The notes beneath the pieces are model-generated. The model did not search any database, had not been told where the DNA came from, and saw only the letters and a list, made by a program, of their open reading frames with translations. 64,000 bases of DNA from contig CBDCNQ010000002.1 in the NCBI GenBank assembly GCA_965219445.1, positions 384,001 to 448,000 of the forward strand, given 5' to 3'. The DNA comes from Longimicrobiales bacterium (GTDB lineage: Bacteria > Gemmatimonadota > Gemmatimonadetes > Longimicrobiales > Gaopeijiaceae). Both the position numbers and the translations under genes were made by a program. This document shows, piece after piece, positions 29,133 to 38,652 of this stretch. How positions within the stretch are numbered: the first letter of the stretch is position 1; each line of letters opens with the position of its first letter.

Positions 29133-29239
29133 ATTCAGGACGGCAGATTCCGACATTGGCTTAGGTGGATAACGGCATATCGTGCAGCCCGCCAATGGTT
29201 TATGTCGTTTCTTGTCGGAATTCAGTGCCTATTTGAACT

Positions 29240-29285
29240 TGCCTCCTAAGCAGTAGGTCGCAGGTTCGATTCCTGCCGGGGACGC
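29240..29285 (+). pseudogene. 3' part of tRNA-Arg(CCT), att-site duplication
   Basis: tgc-ctCCTaa-gcagt-aggtc-gcaggttcgattcctgc-cggggacgc; intact T-arm, no 5' acceptor strand or D-arm. Confidence 0.75.
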
Positions 29286-29362
29286 TTTCAAGACACAGCA
29301 GTACAAGGAGTTAGCGGATACGCCTAGAGGCTTGAGGGGTGACGTGGTGGGGTGCGTGCACG

Positions 29363-29560
29363 GTTCCGCTGCACGATTCGGGCGAGGCGGATGGCTTCTT
29401 GTTCTACGTGATGCCCCACATCGAGGGGGAATCACTTCGGGAGCGCATCGACCGCGAGAAGCAACTCGGTGTGGATGACGCACTGGCCATCACGCAGAAG
29501 GTCGCGGGCGCACTCGACTACGCGCACGAACACGGTGTGGTCCACCGCGACATCAAGCCG
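29363..29560 (+). pseudogene. internal fragment of Ser/Thr protein kinase
   Basis: PLHDSGEADGFLFYVMPHIEGESLR...ALDYAH..GVVHRDIKP; both ends missing. Confidence 0.8.
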
Positions 29561-29639
29561 GGCCGGGCATCCTCGCTGAGGGTGTCGTCATCAACAGCGC
29601 CCTTCGGGAGTGAGGGCGCCATTCAAGGCGTCACCGCGG

Positions 29640-30653
29640 CTAGTTCCCTCTCACCCAGTAGAGGCAGCCGGGCCCGGCGCCGTCGCCCATCGGGATCTCG
29701 TGGGTGACCTCGAGCGTATTCAGATCCACGACGGCCACCCGGTCCGCGGCCCGTAGCCCCAGATAGGCGTGTCTGCCGTCTGGGGCCACCAACACAGCGC
29801 CGTCCCCCAGGTCGCCGGAGCCGAGGGGCACTCGGGTGATCTCCGTGCGAGAGGCCGCGTCCATGACGACGAGGGTTGCCGCCTCGCCGTCGATGATCAG
29901 TACCCGGCCGTCCGGCGTGAACTTAAGGCGATTCGCGTCTTCGAGGCCCAGGTCGAGCGTCTCGACGACGGCTCGGCTGGCGACATCGATGATCGACACT
30001 CTACCGTCGTTCCGGGTCGCGGTCCAGATTTCTCGGCGATCCGGTGACAGATCGATGCCTTCAGGCCGTTCACCCGGCACCGGAATCACGGTTAGCCTCG
30101 ACGCGGCGGGGCCTGCCGAGATGCCCTCGACCATGGTTACGGAATTCGAGCCAATGTTCGGCATGAACATGGTGTCGGTGTCGCGGTCGAGGACGAGCAG
30201 ATGGGTGCCGTCCTGGCCAATCTCAAGCGTCCACTCGATCGCGTCGGTCGATGGATTGTAGCGCCCGATCGACTTGTAGCCTTCCATGGTGAAGTACACC
30301 TTGCCGTCGGCAAAGAGCACATCATGCGTCCGGCTGCCGGGGCCAGGGTCGACTCGCCGGACTTCCGTTTGCGCGGTCAGGTCAATGACTGAAATCCCGT
30401 CCACCATGCTGGCCACGAACGCCCACCGGCCGTCGGCGGATGCGGTGACCTCGTGCGGATCTCGGCCCGTCGGCACGCGTCCCAGCTCCGTCCCGCTGGC
30501 CGGATCGACAATCGCCAGCGCGCTGGCGTCTCGAAGCAACACGAGAAGTCGTCCGGATGTCGGTGACTGGGCGCTGACCGCGGCATGCCCAAGGACCAGC
30601 GCGCCGAGCGCTAACAACCCGACCCGTCGGAGCACCGTGCTCACTGAGTGCAT
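29640..30653 (-). CDS. secreted YncE/YVTN beta-propeller protein
   Basis: Signal peptide; VPTGRDPHEV.ASADGRWAFV, PEGIDLSPD repeats; RBS ggagg. Confidence 0.8.
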   Translation of the reverse strand: MHSVSTVLRRVGLLALGALVLGHAAVSAQSPTSGRLLVLLRDASALAIVDPASGTELGRVPTGRDPHEVTASADGRWAFVASMVDGISVIDLTAQTEVRRVDPGPGSRTHDVLFADGKVYFTMEGYKSIGRYNPSTDAIEWTLEIGQDGTHLLVLDRDTDTMFMPNIGSNSVTMVEGISAGPAASRLTVIPVPGERPEGIDLSPDRREIWTATRNDGRVSIIDVASRAVVETLDLGLEDANRLKFTPDGRVLIIDGEAATLVVMDAASRTEITRVPLGSGDLGDGAVLVAPDGRHAYLGLRAADRVAVVDLNTLEVTHEIPMGDGAGPGCLYWVRGN

Positions 30654-31133
30654 CTGATACCTCCGTGTGTGCTGAGGTGGCTCTGTGGTGACGCCGACCA
30701 CACGACTGCTGACAATACAGCCTACCACCGCATCCGGCCCGCGGGTCCAATGCAGTACGTGCGGGCCGCGCACGCTTCTGCGAAGAGGGTCCAGCGGGTC
30801 CTCCTCTCCGCCTCCTCCTGCGCATGAACAACGGCGTCGGCTTCCTCCTCCGCATGACCGACGTTGAGAAGCAGCCCTTCCGCTCGGTGGGATTCGTGAG
30901 TGTGATCATCACCTCGGTGATTTTTGCGCTGGGGCTGCCGTTGGTGTTGTTGTAGCCTCGAAGATGAGCACCCCATAACGGCTCTCTAAGCCACGCGGGC
31001 GCTCCAGCCCACCTCCGATACCGAATAAACACCGAATACGCTCAGAACGGAAATACAAGCGTCTGACGGGCTTCTGCTTGCGCCCACCGGCCCGCCGGGA
31101 TGCCGACGGCGTGGATGAGCGTGCGGCCCGCCC

Positions 31134-31670
31134 TCAAGAATAGATCATGAACTCCAGGAGGTTGCCGTCCGGGTCGCGAACATACCGGCTCATCCCACGA
31201 ACCGTCCCGAGGGCACGTCCACCATCCCGCGGGCCCGAGGCGATGACCTCGGCCCCCGCTCGATCCAAGACGGCCATCAGCGACTCCGCCGAGCCTTCCC
31301 ACACGAAGCAGAAGTCCCCACACGGCGGCCTCGCGGCGGGCGCTCGCAGCGACGTGGAGGTTGCGCGCTGCCACGACTCCGGACGGTGGAAGTTGATCTT
31401 CTGGTCGCCGAAATGGACCGAAACCCTCCCGGCGGTTTCCATCACGTGCAGGCCGAGAGCGCGATAGAAGGCCATCATCGCCTCGGTGTTTTGCATCGGG
31501 ACCGCGACGTGGTCGAACCTGCGGATCGCGCCCTCCTGCGCGAGCACGCCCGAACTGCGAGCAAGTGAGGTGGGAGACGACACGGCCACGCCGGCGACAA
31601 CAACCCGCTTCAGGAACCTTCGGCGGCAATAGCGTTGTTCCGTCGGCTGCTCCATCGCTGTGTTTCCCAT
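31134..31670 (-). CDS. VOC/glyoxalase-family protein with Tat signal
   Basis: RRRFLK; FDHVAVP, FGDQKINFH, SRYVRDPDGNLLEF. Confidence 0.8.
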   Translation of the reverse strand: MGNTAMEQPTEQRYCRRRFLKRVVVAGVAVSSPTSLARSSGVLAQEGAIRRFDHVAVPMQNTEAMMAFYRALGLHVMETAGRVSVHFGDQKINFHRPESWQRATSTSLRAPAARPPCGDFCFVWEGSAESLMAVLDRAGAEVIASGPRDGGRALGTVRGMSRYVRDPDGNLLEFMIYS

Positions 31671-31906
31671 AAGCTTAGACCTCCCGTGGGTTGAAGCGTG
31701 GACAGGGATGAAAACCGCCCGCATTATAGCCGCGCCGGCCACTCTGTCGAGTGCTCTGGCGCGGCAGCCGGGCGGGCTTTCGGTGACTTATTCAGAATTC
31801 TTCGAGCAGTTGAAGGAACGGGTGGAGAACTAGCCGCCTCGCAGTAGTCCCATCCAGAAGACGTCCAGTGGTCGAAGACGGGTCCGACATGCGCCGGCCA
31901 TCGTCT

Positions 31907-32146
31907 TCATCCTTGGCTTGGGCTCGGAGCCGCAGATAATGGGTCTGGGTTGTCTCTTAAGGGATAGATGCACTCCGATACCGACCACTCGCCACGAAGT
32001 TCTTTGCATGCCAGTCGAGCGCGGAACTCATCTTGGGTGGTCATGGGCATGTAGGTGATCCAGCCGCAGCCAGCCGTGAGTAGGGTGAGCAGGGCCATTG
32101 TGACCCCACCCACCATGGGCAACCTCAAGAAGTATCGAGAGCGCAC
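31907..32146 (-). CDS. small putative lipoprotein
   Basis: Hydrophobic stretch ending LTAGC; RBS gaagga upstream. Confidence 0.35.
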   Translation of the reverse strand: MRSRYFLRLPMVGGVTMALLTLLTAGCGWITYMPMTTQDEFRARLACKELRGEWSVSECIYPLRDNPDPLSAAPSPSQG

Positions 32147-32436
32147 AAACGCTCCTTCATCTCTTCGCTAATCATCGTTTTCCGGTGTAGGGCGTATCGG
32201 TTGCAGCGCCAGCAAGTCAACGACCACCCGGGAAGCGGGTTCGTGAGCACAATGCTCACACACGTATTTCGTGTCAGTCATCCCAGCCCCCCTATACCAA
32301 AAAGGGCGAGAGACACCTTTGGGGCGGCGAGCCTGCCGAAAGTCTGCAACACGTTGCCGACTGGGGCGGATACTCCGGCTACTTCGCTGATCCGGATGGC
32401 GTTCTGCAGAACGAGCCGAGGGAAACCCGGACTGGG

Positions 32437-32862
32437 TCAATCCAGGCGACTCCCCCTATCCGCCGTCAGGGGTTCACTCCACAACGGTGGCTTGTTGCGT
32501 GCTTCCCACAGGTCGCCCCGCCGCTTCAGGTGCTCGGCTTCTTGGGTTTGGGTGAGGTTAGCCTGTTGTAGGTTGTCGTCTATCTCCCACAACTGGCGGT
32601 CGGTGTCATTGAGGTGGAGATAGATGGCCGGAATTTCCTCCCAGCCGAGCCGTTGGGCTGCACGTAGGCGGTGATATCCCGCCACGAGGACCACACCACC
32701 CTCATCGCCACCACATACGGAGATGGGCTGTTGTAGCCCGATGGCATCCATTGATGCAGCTAGCGCTACGACCCTGTCTTCGTCCAGCGGGCGTAGCCGG
32801 GTCAGCACCATCACGTCATCCACGTACACCTTGGAGAGTATGACCTCTCGCTCGGCCTCCAC
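32437..32862 (-). CDS. ParB N-terminal-domain protein, probably truncated
   Basis: LAASMDAIGLQQPISV...LVAGYHRLRAAQRLGWEEIPA...EIDDNL. Confidence 0.7.
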   Translation of the reverse strand: MEAEREVILSKVYVDDVMVLTRLRPLDEDRVVALAASMDAIGLQQPISVCGGDEGGVVLVAGYHRLRAAQRLGWEEIPAIYLHLNDTDRQLWEIDDNLQQANLTQTQEAEHLKRRGDLWEARNKPPLWSEPLTADRGSRLD

Positions 32863-33041
32863 CTTATCCTCGAAGGCTTCGAGCTAGGATCAAAGGCATC
32901 ATAGGGGCATGGCGACGGCTACCGGTACCGATCAGCAGCTAAGCAGCCCGAAGACGAAGAGGCGTTCTCCTCCGGGAACGGGTGCGCGTTCATCATTGTT
33001 CGCGCAAGGAAGCAACCCACCTATCCAAGAGGAGAACGCCG

Positions 33042-34097
33042 ATGGAGAGATATATCGGACTCGACGCACACGCGTCGAGCTGCACGCTGGGGATTGTAGG
33101 CCCCAGCGGCAAGCGCTTGGGCTCGCAGGTGGTGGAAACGAACGCGCGGGCGCTGATCGAGGTGCTGCGAGGGATTCCGAGGAACCGGCACTTGTGCCTG
33201 GAAGAAGGGACGCTGTCGGGGTGGCTGTACGAGGTGCTGGAGCCGCACGTGGAGGAGCTAACGGTGGCGGGGGTCGGCAAGAGCCGGGGCCCGAAGACCG
33301 ACAAGCTGGACGCGTTTGCCCTGGCGGAGAAGCTGCGGATCGGATCACTGGAGACGAGGGTCTACAAGAACCGGGGCCAGTTCAGGCGGCTGGGGGAACG
33401 GGCGAAGAGCTACGACTTCCTGGTCGGCGACACGGTGCGGGTGAAGAACCGGCTCAAGAGCGTGCTGCGCTCGAGAGGAGTGGCCTACGGCGCGGGGCGC
33501 TCGGTCTACTTGAAGCGCGACCGGGAGGAGTGGTTGGCCAAGCTGCCGGAAGCGAGCAGGACGACGGCCGGGTTGCTGTACGAGGAGCACGACGCACTCG
33601 TGGCATTGAGGGCGAAGGCCGAGAAGGCGTTGCTGGCGGAAGCACGCAAGCATCGAGAGTGGCATGTGCTGAAGACGTGCCCGGGTCTGGGTCCGATCCG
33701 GACGGCGGAGCTCCTGCCGGTGGTGGTGACGCCGTACCGGTTCCAGAGCCGGAGCAGATTCTGGGCGTACTGCGGACTGGGCGTGGTGATGCGGAGCTCG
33801 TCGGACTGGGTGCGGGGTCCGGGTGGGCGGTGGGTAAGGGAACCGGTACAGCAGACGCGGGGGCTGAATCGGAACTTCAACCACACGCTGAAGCGTGTGT
33901 TCAAGGGCGCAGCGACGACGGTGATCGGTCGGGCCGAAAACGAACCCTTGTACCGCCACTACGAGCGACTCCTGGAGGGGGGCACGAAGCCGAATCTGGC
34001 GAAGCTGACGATCGCGCGTCAGCTCGCCTCGATCGTGCTAGCGGTGTGGCGCACGGGCGAAGCGTACGACCCCAAGAGACTGGAAGCGACGGAGTAA
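33042..34097 (+). CDS. IS110-family recombinase
   Basis: YIGLDAH, KTDKLDA, LKTCPGLG, FWAYCGLG. Confidence 0.92.
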   Translation: MERYIGLDAHASSCTLGIVGPSGKRLGSQVVETNARALIEVLRGIPRNRHLCLEEGTLSGWLYEVLEPHVEELTVAGVGKSRGPKTDKLDAFALAEKLRIGSLETRVYKNRGQFRRLGERAKSYDFLVGDTVRVKNRLKSVLRSRGVAYGAGRSVYLKRDREEWLAKLPEASRTTAGLLYEEHDALVALRAKAEKALLAEARKHREWHVLKTCPGLGPIRTAELLPVVVTPYRFQSRSRFWAYCGLGVVMRSSSDWVRGPGGRWVREPVQQTRGLNRNFNHTLKRVFKGAATTVIGRAENEPLYRHYERLLEGGTKPNLAKLTIARQLASIVLAVWRTGEAYDPKRLEATE

Positions 34098-34460
34098 ACC
34101 GGCCTGGGATCGGCGAGCGTGGGGTCGAAAGCGGTCACAACATGGGGTCCGACGAAACGGAAGCGAACCGGTTACAGGGGACAGCATCCATACACACCGT
34201 GGGCCGGGGCAGAGAGCCCAAGCCCCCACTCAAAGGCTATGCACCCCTGGAAGAGCCGAACGAAGCGATGGGCCACAGAGTCCCAGATAGAAGGATGGTT
34301 CCCGCTCCAGAGCGGAGAACGCGACGGCTGTGAACGTCTTCCGGACTGCGATGCGGACCCTGCGAGCGCACCCCTCCCCACCCTGAGTCGTCGACCGGGC
34401 AATCCAAACCATGCGGACGCCGACGGTCAAAAAATGAGCCGACGGCGCGTGGGGAAGGTG
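34098..34460 (+). ncRNA. putative bridge/seek RNA (one target loop, one donor loop)
   Basis: tacacacc (34191-34198) and tcaaagg (34230-34236) match the IS256 IR target; atagaagg (34287-34294) matches its own right end; boundaries approximate. Confidence 0.7.
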
Positions 34461-34583
34461 CGTCTTGACCGCCAGCCCCATAGAAGGGTGTGTAAAAAAA
34501 GAGGCGACGTACCTTTCCGCTAGGTAGTAAGAAGTTAACCAGCGAATCCCGGGTGAGCGCCCGGGGGAAAGGAACGATGCCTC

Positions 34584-35828
34584 GTGAGGAAGAATATGGT
34601 GGGACCCGAGAGTGAGTCCAGCACGCCGACGTGGGAGTGCTTGGAAGCGCTGGTTCGTGAGAAGGCCCAGGAGATGGTCCAGCGGATTCTGGAGGAGGAA
34701 GTGACGGAGTTGCTCGGCCGGGAGAAGTCGGAGCGGAAGACGGTCGTAGACCCGGCGCCAGGCTACCGCAACGGCTACGGCAAGGCTCGGCGGCTGGCGA
34801 TGAGCTCGGGCACGATCATGCTCCGACGGCCCCGGGTTCGAGGCATTGAGGAGCGGTTCGAGAGTCGGGTGTTGCCGTTGTTCGCACGACGGACGAAGGA
34901 GGTGGGTGCTCTGCTTCCGGAGCTGTATCTGCACGGGCTGGCGGAGGGAGACTTCGAGCTGGCGATGCGGGGCCTGCTGGGCGAGGGGGCCCCGTTGTCG
35001 AAGTCTTCGATTTGGCGGCTGCGGGCGGGATGGACAAGGAAATTCGAGGAATGGTCGAAGCGCTCGCTGGCCGACCGTGAGGTCGTCTACGTCTGGGCGG
35101 ACGGGATCTACGTGAAGGCGGGGCTCGAGCGGGACAAGGCAGCGCTGCTGGTGGTTCTCGGTGCGATGCGAGATGGTACGAAGGAGGTGTTGGCCCTGAG
35201 ATCGGGCTACCGAGAGTCGGTCGAGTCCTGGTCCGAGGTGTTGCGGGATCTGAAGGCACGCGGCATCGAGGCGCCCCGGCTTTTGATGGCGGACGGCAAC
35301 GCGGCGATCTGGGGCGCAGTACGGCAGGTATGGCCTGAGGCGGGCGAGCAACGGTGCTGGAACCACAAGATGAGGAACGTGCTGGACCGGCTGCCTCAGC
35401 GGGAGCAGAGCGAGGCGAAGGACCTTCTCAGGACCGTGGTCTACGCACCGAGGCGGTCCGAGGCGCTGAAGGCCCGTGAGGCGTTCGCCAGGCGCTACAG
35501 ACCGTGGTATCCGAAGGCGGTGGATGTACTCGAGGACGACTGGGAGCGGATGGTGGCGTTCTACGACTTCCCCGAGGACCACTGGAAGCATCTACGCACG
35601 ACGAACGTGGTCGAGAGCCCCTTTGCCGCAGTACGGCTCAGGACAACGGCGGCGAAGCGCTTCAAGCGGGTCGAGAGCGCTACGGCGCTGATCTGGAAGC
35701 TGCTCTTGGTGGCGGAGAAGCGCTTCAGAAGGCTCGACGCTCCTCACCTCCTCAAGGACGTATTTGAAGGAAGAAAGTTCGAAGACGGAAAGCCCGTCTC
35801 AACCCAACAGCGGAAAAACGCCGCCTGA
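34584..35828 (+). CDS. IS256-family transposase
   Basis: YRNGY, YVWADGIY, ES.ESW..VL.DLKARG, QRCWNHK.RN, LRTTNVVES. Confidence 0.92.
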   Translation: MRKNMVGPESESSTPTWECLEALVREKAQEMVQRILEEEVTELLGREKSERKTVVDPAPGYRNGYGKARRLAMSSGTIMLRRPRVRGIEERFESRVLPLFARRTKEVGALLPELYLHGLAEGDFELAMRGLLGEGAPLSKSSIWRLRAGWTRKFEEWSKRSLADREVVYVWADGIYVKAGLERDKAALLVVLGAMRDGTKEVLALRSGYRESVESWSEVLRDLKARGIEAPRLLMADGNAAIWGAVRQVWPEAGEQRCWNHKMRNVLDRLPQREQSEAKDLLRTVVYAPRRSEALKAREAFARRYRPWYPKAVDVLEDDWERMVAFYDFPEDHWKHLRTTNVVESPFAAVRLRTTAAKRFKRVESATALIWKLLLVAEKRFRRLDAPHLLKDVFEGRKFEDGKPVSTQQRKNAA

Positions 35829-35851
35829 AACATTTACACACCTATTGACCC

Positions 35852-36360
35852 AACCTCCACTGTTTGTCGCGGCCTGCTTCCTCGCCACATGCGAGGGCGA
35901 CGTCGGACCTACCGGACCAGCGGGGGCAGCGGGGCCAGCGGGGCCGACCGGGGACCCGGGAATTGAAAACTTCACCGCGGACCTGAACGAGGCGAATGTG
36001 ATGGTGCCTACCGGGAGCACCGCAACCGGCACCGCGAGCTTCTCCGTCGTCGGGCCAACTCTTCTGTACAGCATCGATGTCACGGGCCTCGCCGACGTGA
36101 CGGTGGTCCATATTCACGGTCCCGCCGCCGTGGGTGTCAATGCGGGCGTCATTCAGGACATCTGTAATGCCGGCGATGCGCCGCCGTGCAACACCACCAC
36201 GCCGCTTACCGGGGTCCTCGTGGCGGGCGCGGCCGCGCGCTCGAAGATCCCGTTCGATTCGCTGGTGGTTTTGATGCAGAACGGGAACGCCTACGTCAAC
36301 GTCCACACGACCGCAAACCCCGGAGGCGACATCCGAGGGCAGATCGCCACGGTTCCGTAA
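35852..36360 (+). pseudogene. collagen-like repeat plus CHRD-domain protein, N-terminus cut by IS256
   Basis: GPTGPAGAAGPAGPTGDPG; HIHGPAA.G.NAGV; AYVNVHTTANPGGDIRGQI. Confidence 0.75.
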
Positions 36361-36770
36361 ACTCCGGCCTGGATTTCCAGACATGGGGGAATGAAGTGGG
36401 AGCAGGGCTGTCCGATGCCTGCTCCCACGTTTCCCCCACTTGGTTCAGTTCTTTTCAACTCGGCGCTCGTGAAGTGGGGGAGTCCGCTCGGCATCTCGTT
36501 CTAATGCGCGAGACCGAGTTCTGCTTGCGTCTAGCGGCCCACTCTATGGGCAATTGAGGTCCGATCGTTGTCTGCACGGGCGACCGTCTGCCCCGCAGGG
36601 TGATTTCGGCATCATCCGCCGCGTCGAGGTCGTAGGGCGCGGGGGCTCCTGACCGACCGTCTGGTAGGGGCTGGTGGAGCGGGGCGTGCGGGGAGCCCCG
36701 GACAGCAGGGAAGGAGCCCACGGGCCTGCGACCGAAGAGTCTACTCCGAGGAATCGCCCTCCCAGTCTCC

Positions 36771-37802
36771 TCACCCGATTCCGGCGACCCTCCTCCGGAT
36801 ACTCTCCATCAAGGGCAATGGTGTGAGCTCCCCATCGATGATGGACGCGAGCTCCTCTTCTTCTTGCCAGTGCGCTTCGACTTCGGCCAGTTCGAGCTCG
36901 AGGAGGCGCTGCTCGAGTGTGTCGTTGGCCGCGATCTCCAAGGCGATGGCGCCGTTACGTTGAAGATCACCGAGCCTTCGTCCCTCTTTGATGACGAGGC
37001 GGGTGAGGTCTTCCGGGCTCCCGGCCTCTTCGATGAGCCGCGTCGCCGACCGAACACGCCTCTCGGAGGCTCCGGTGTGATGGTGATATGCGAGCAGCCG
37101 CCTCGAGACGTGATCCCCCTCCTTGCCCCGGAGGTGCAGACCTCCTTCGTCGAGGTCCCCACACGCGGGGCATCGCTGGGTCACGGACAGGGCATTCCCA
37201 GGGCTGGTCCCTGGCGAAAGGATCAAGTGTGCACGATCCCGATAGTCGACGCTCCGAAAAATTGTCCCACAGGAGGTGCAGCGCCGGCTACCCCGCCACG
37301 CGCTTCCACCAAAGCGGAGCCATCGGGCGGCCTGCGTCAGTTGCTGCGGTGCGTTCTCCCAGAGAATCCACGCGCCGAGCCAGCCGAGGCCACCACTGGC
37401 CCACCCTCCCGCTATCGCGGCGCCAGCCGCCGCCGTTCCGATGAACGTGAGTTTTTGATGCCTCGCCGCTCGATGGGTGAGCTCTCGCCCGTACCTCCAC
37501 CAAGCCTCCTCGGTGAGGTTTGCTCGGCCCACCCGCACCACGTCGAGCTCGCCCACGCTCAAAAGGGCCACGTTATCGGTTTGTGAGAGGAGCTTCGCTC
37601 GGTCCTTCACCACCTTTTCCAGTTCCTCGAGGGCCTCCCAACGTTCCTCGATGGGGGCGAGCGACCACCTCTTGCAGGACCGGCAGACCGCCCAAAGGCG
37701 TCCACGTTCCGCATCGTACGCCACGCGCGTGGAGGTCGAGAAGCGTTCCAGCTCCTCGTTCCGTGCGAACGGCGTATGACAAACCACGCAATGTGTGAAC
37801 AA
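36771..37802 (-). CDS. hypothetical protein with several CxxC pairs
   Basis: 343-aa ORF, four CxxC motifs, one hydrophobic segment. Confidence 0.65.
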   Translation of the reverse strand: MFTHCVVCHTPFARNEELERFSTSTRVAYDAERGRLWAVCRSCKRWSLAPIEERWEALEELEKVVKDRAKLLSQTDNVALLSVGELDVVRVGRANLTEEAWWRYGRELTHRAARHQKLTFIGTAAAGAAIAGGWASGGLGWLGAWILWENAPQQLTQAARWLRFGGSAWRGSRRCTSCGTIFRSVDYRDRAHLILSPGTSPGNALSVTQRCPACGDLDEGGLHLRGKEGDHVSRRLLAYHHHTGASERRVRSATRLIEEAGSPEDLTRLVIKEGRRLGDLQRNGAIALEIAANDTLEQRLLELELAEVEAHWQEEEELASIIDGELTPLPLMESIRRRVAGIG

Positions 37803-37948
37803 GGGCGTCTCCGTGACCCGAATGCCGGGTATGTCAGCCCGGATCAGCTGTTACACCCGGCCTCCCCCCCTTGTTACCCGCGGGCCAGGATGATTCTCCG
37901 GAGCCTTTGGGGCCTGGTCTGAGCCGACGGCGGGAGCCACCTTTGGGC

Positions 37949-38524
37949 ATGCTACTCGTCATCGATAATTACGATTCCTTCACTTTCAATCTCGTCCAGT
38001 TCCTGGGTGAATTAGGCGCGGATGTCGCAGTGTCCCGAAACGACGAACGAAGCGTCGAGGAGATTCGGGCGCTGGCGCCGTCGCGCGTGGTGGTCTCCCC
38101 TGGCCCGTGCACGCCGGCCGAAGCCGGCGTAAGCGTTGAGCTGTTCCGATCGCTGGATCCGTCGATACCCATGCTGGGCGTATGTTTGGGCCATCAGGCT
38201 TTGGGTGAAGCTTTCGGCGGGAGGACAGTGCGTGCGGAGCGGGTCATGCACGGAAAGACGGCACCGACCCGTCACACGGGGGAGGGAATTTTCCGAGGGA
38301 TCCCGTCGCCGTTCACGGTGGCGCGCTACCATTCCCTGGTGACGGATGCGGCCGTGCTACCGGAAAGCTTGATTTCGGTGGCGTGGAGTGATGGGAAGGA
38401 CGGAATCGATGAGATTCAAGCGATCCGGCACTGCGATCGGCCGGTTTGGGGCGTGCAGTTCCACCCAGAGTCGCTTTTTTCGGAGCATGGTAAGACTCTA
38501 CTGGGGAATTTCTTGACCCTTTGA
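37949..38524 (+). CDS. anthranilate/aminodeoxychorismate synthase component II (TrpG/PabA)
   Basis: IDNYDSFTFNL, SPGPC.P, GVCLGHQ, RYHSL, GVQFHPES. Confidence 0.92.
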   Translation: MLLVIDNYDSFTFNLVQFLGELGADVAVSRNDERSVEEIRALAPSRVVVSPGPCTPAEAGVSVELFRSLDPSIPMLGVCLGHQALGEAFGGRTVRAERVMHGKTAPTRHTGEGIFRGIPSPFTVARYHSLVTDAAVLPESLISVAWSDGKDGIDEIQAIRHCDRPVWGVQFHPESLFSEHGKTLLGNFLTL

Positions 38525-38652
38525 GCCCACCCGGACCGTCGCAGACTGTCCTATGTAGGGGTCAGGCGTTGCCAAGCCCACTCCGCTCCGGATAACTTGA
38601 CTGGCGTGATATTTGCGGCAACTGGCATCGCTTCGTGCCCGGGTCTGGGCCG

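Larger units (their letters stand above)
32897..34487 (+). mobile_element. second IS110/IS1111-family element, complete (1591 bp)
   Basis: AAGG at both junctions (32893-32896, 34484-34487); subterminal IR ataggggcatggcg / cgccagccccat. Confidence 0.85.
32887..35851 (+). mobile_element. IS256-family element whose left IR is split by an IS110
   Basis: Rejoined left end GGATCAAAGG+GTGTGTAAA matches reverse complement of right end GGGTCAATAGGTGTGTAAA at 16/19. Confidence 0.85.

Noticed and set aside
29240..29285. Functional tRNA-Arg gene
   Set aside because: 5' acceptor strand and D-arm are absent and there is no CCA.
34230..35591. Long antisense or alternate-frame ORFs (e.g. 34230-35591, 7706-8728, 16481-17977, 32909-34333, 58797-60365)
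   Set aside because: They shadow well-supported genes in GC-rich DNA and show no family motifs.
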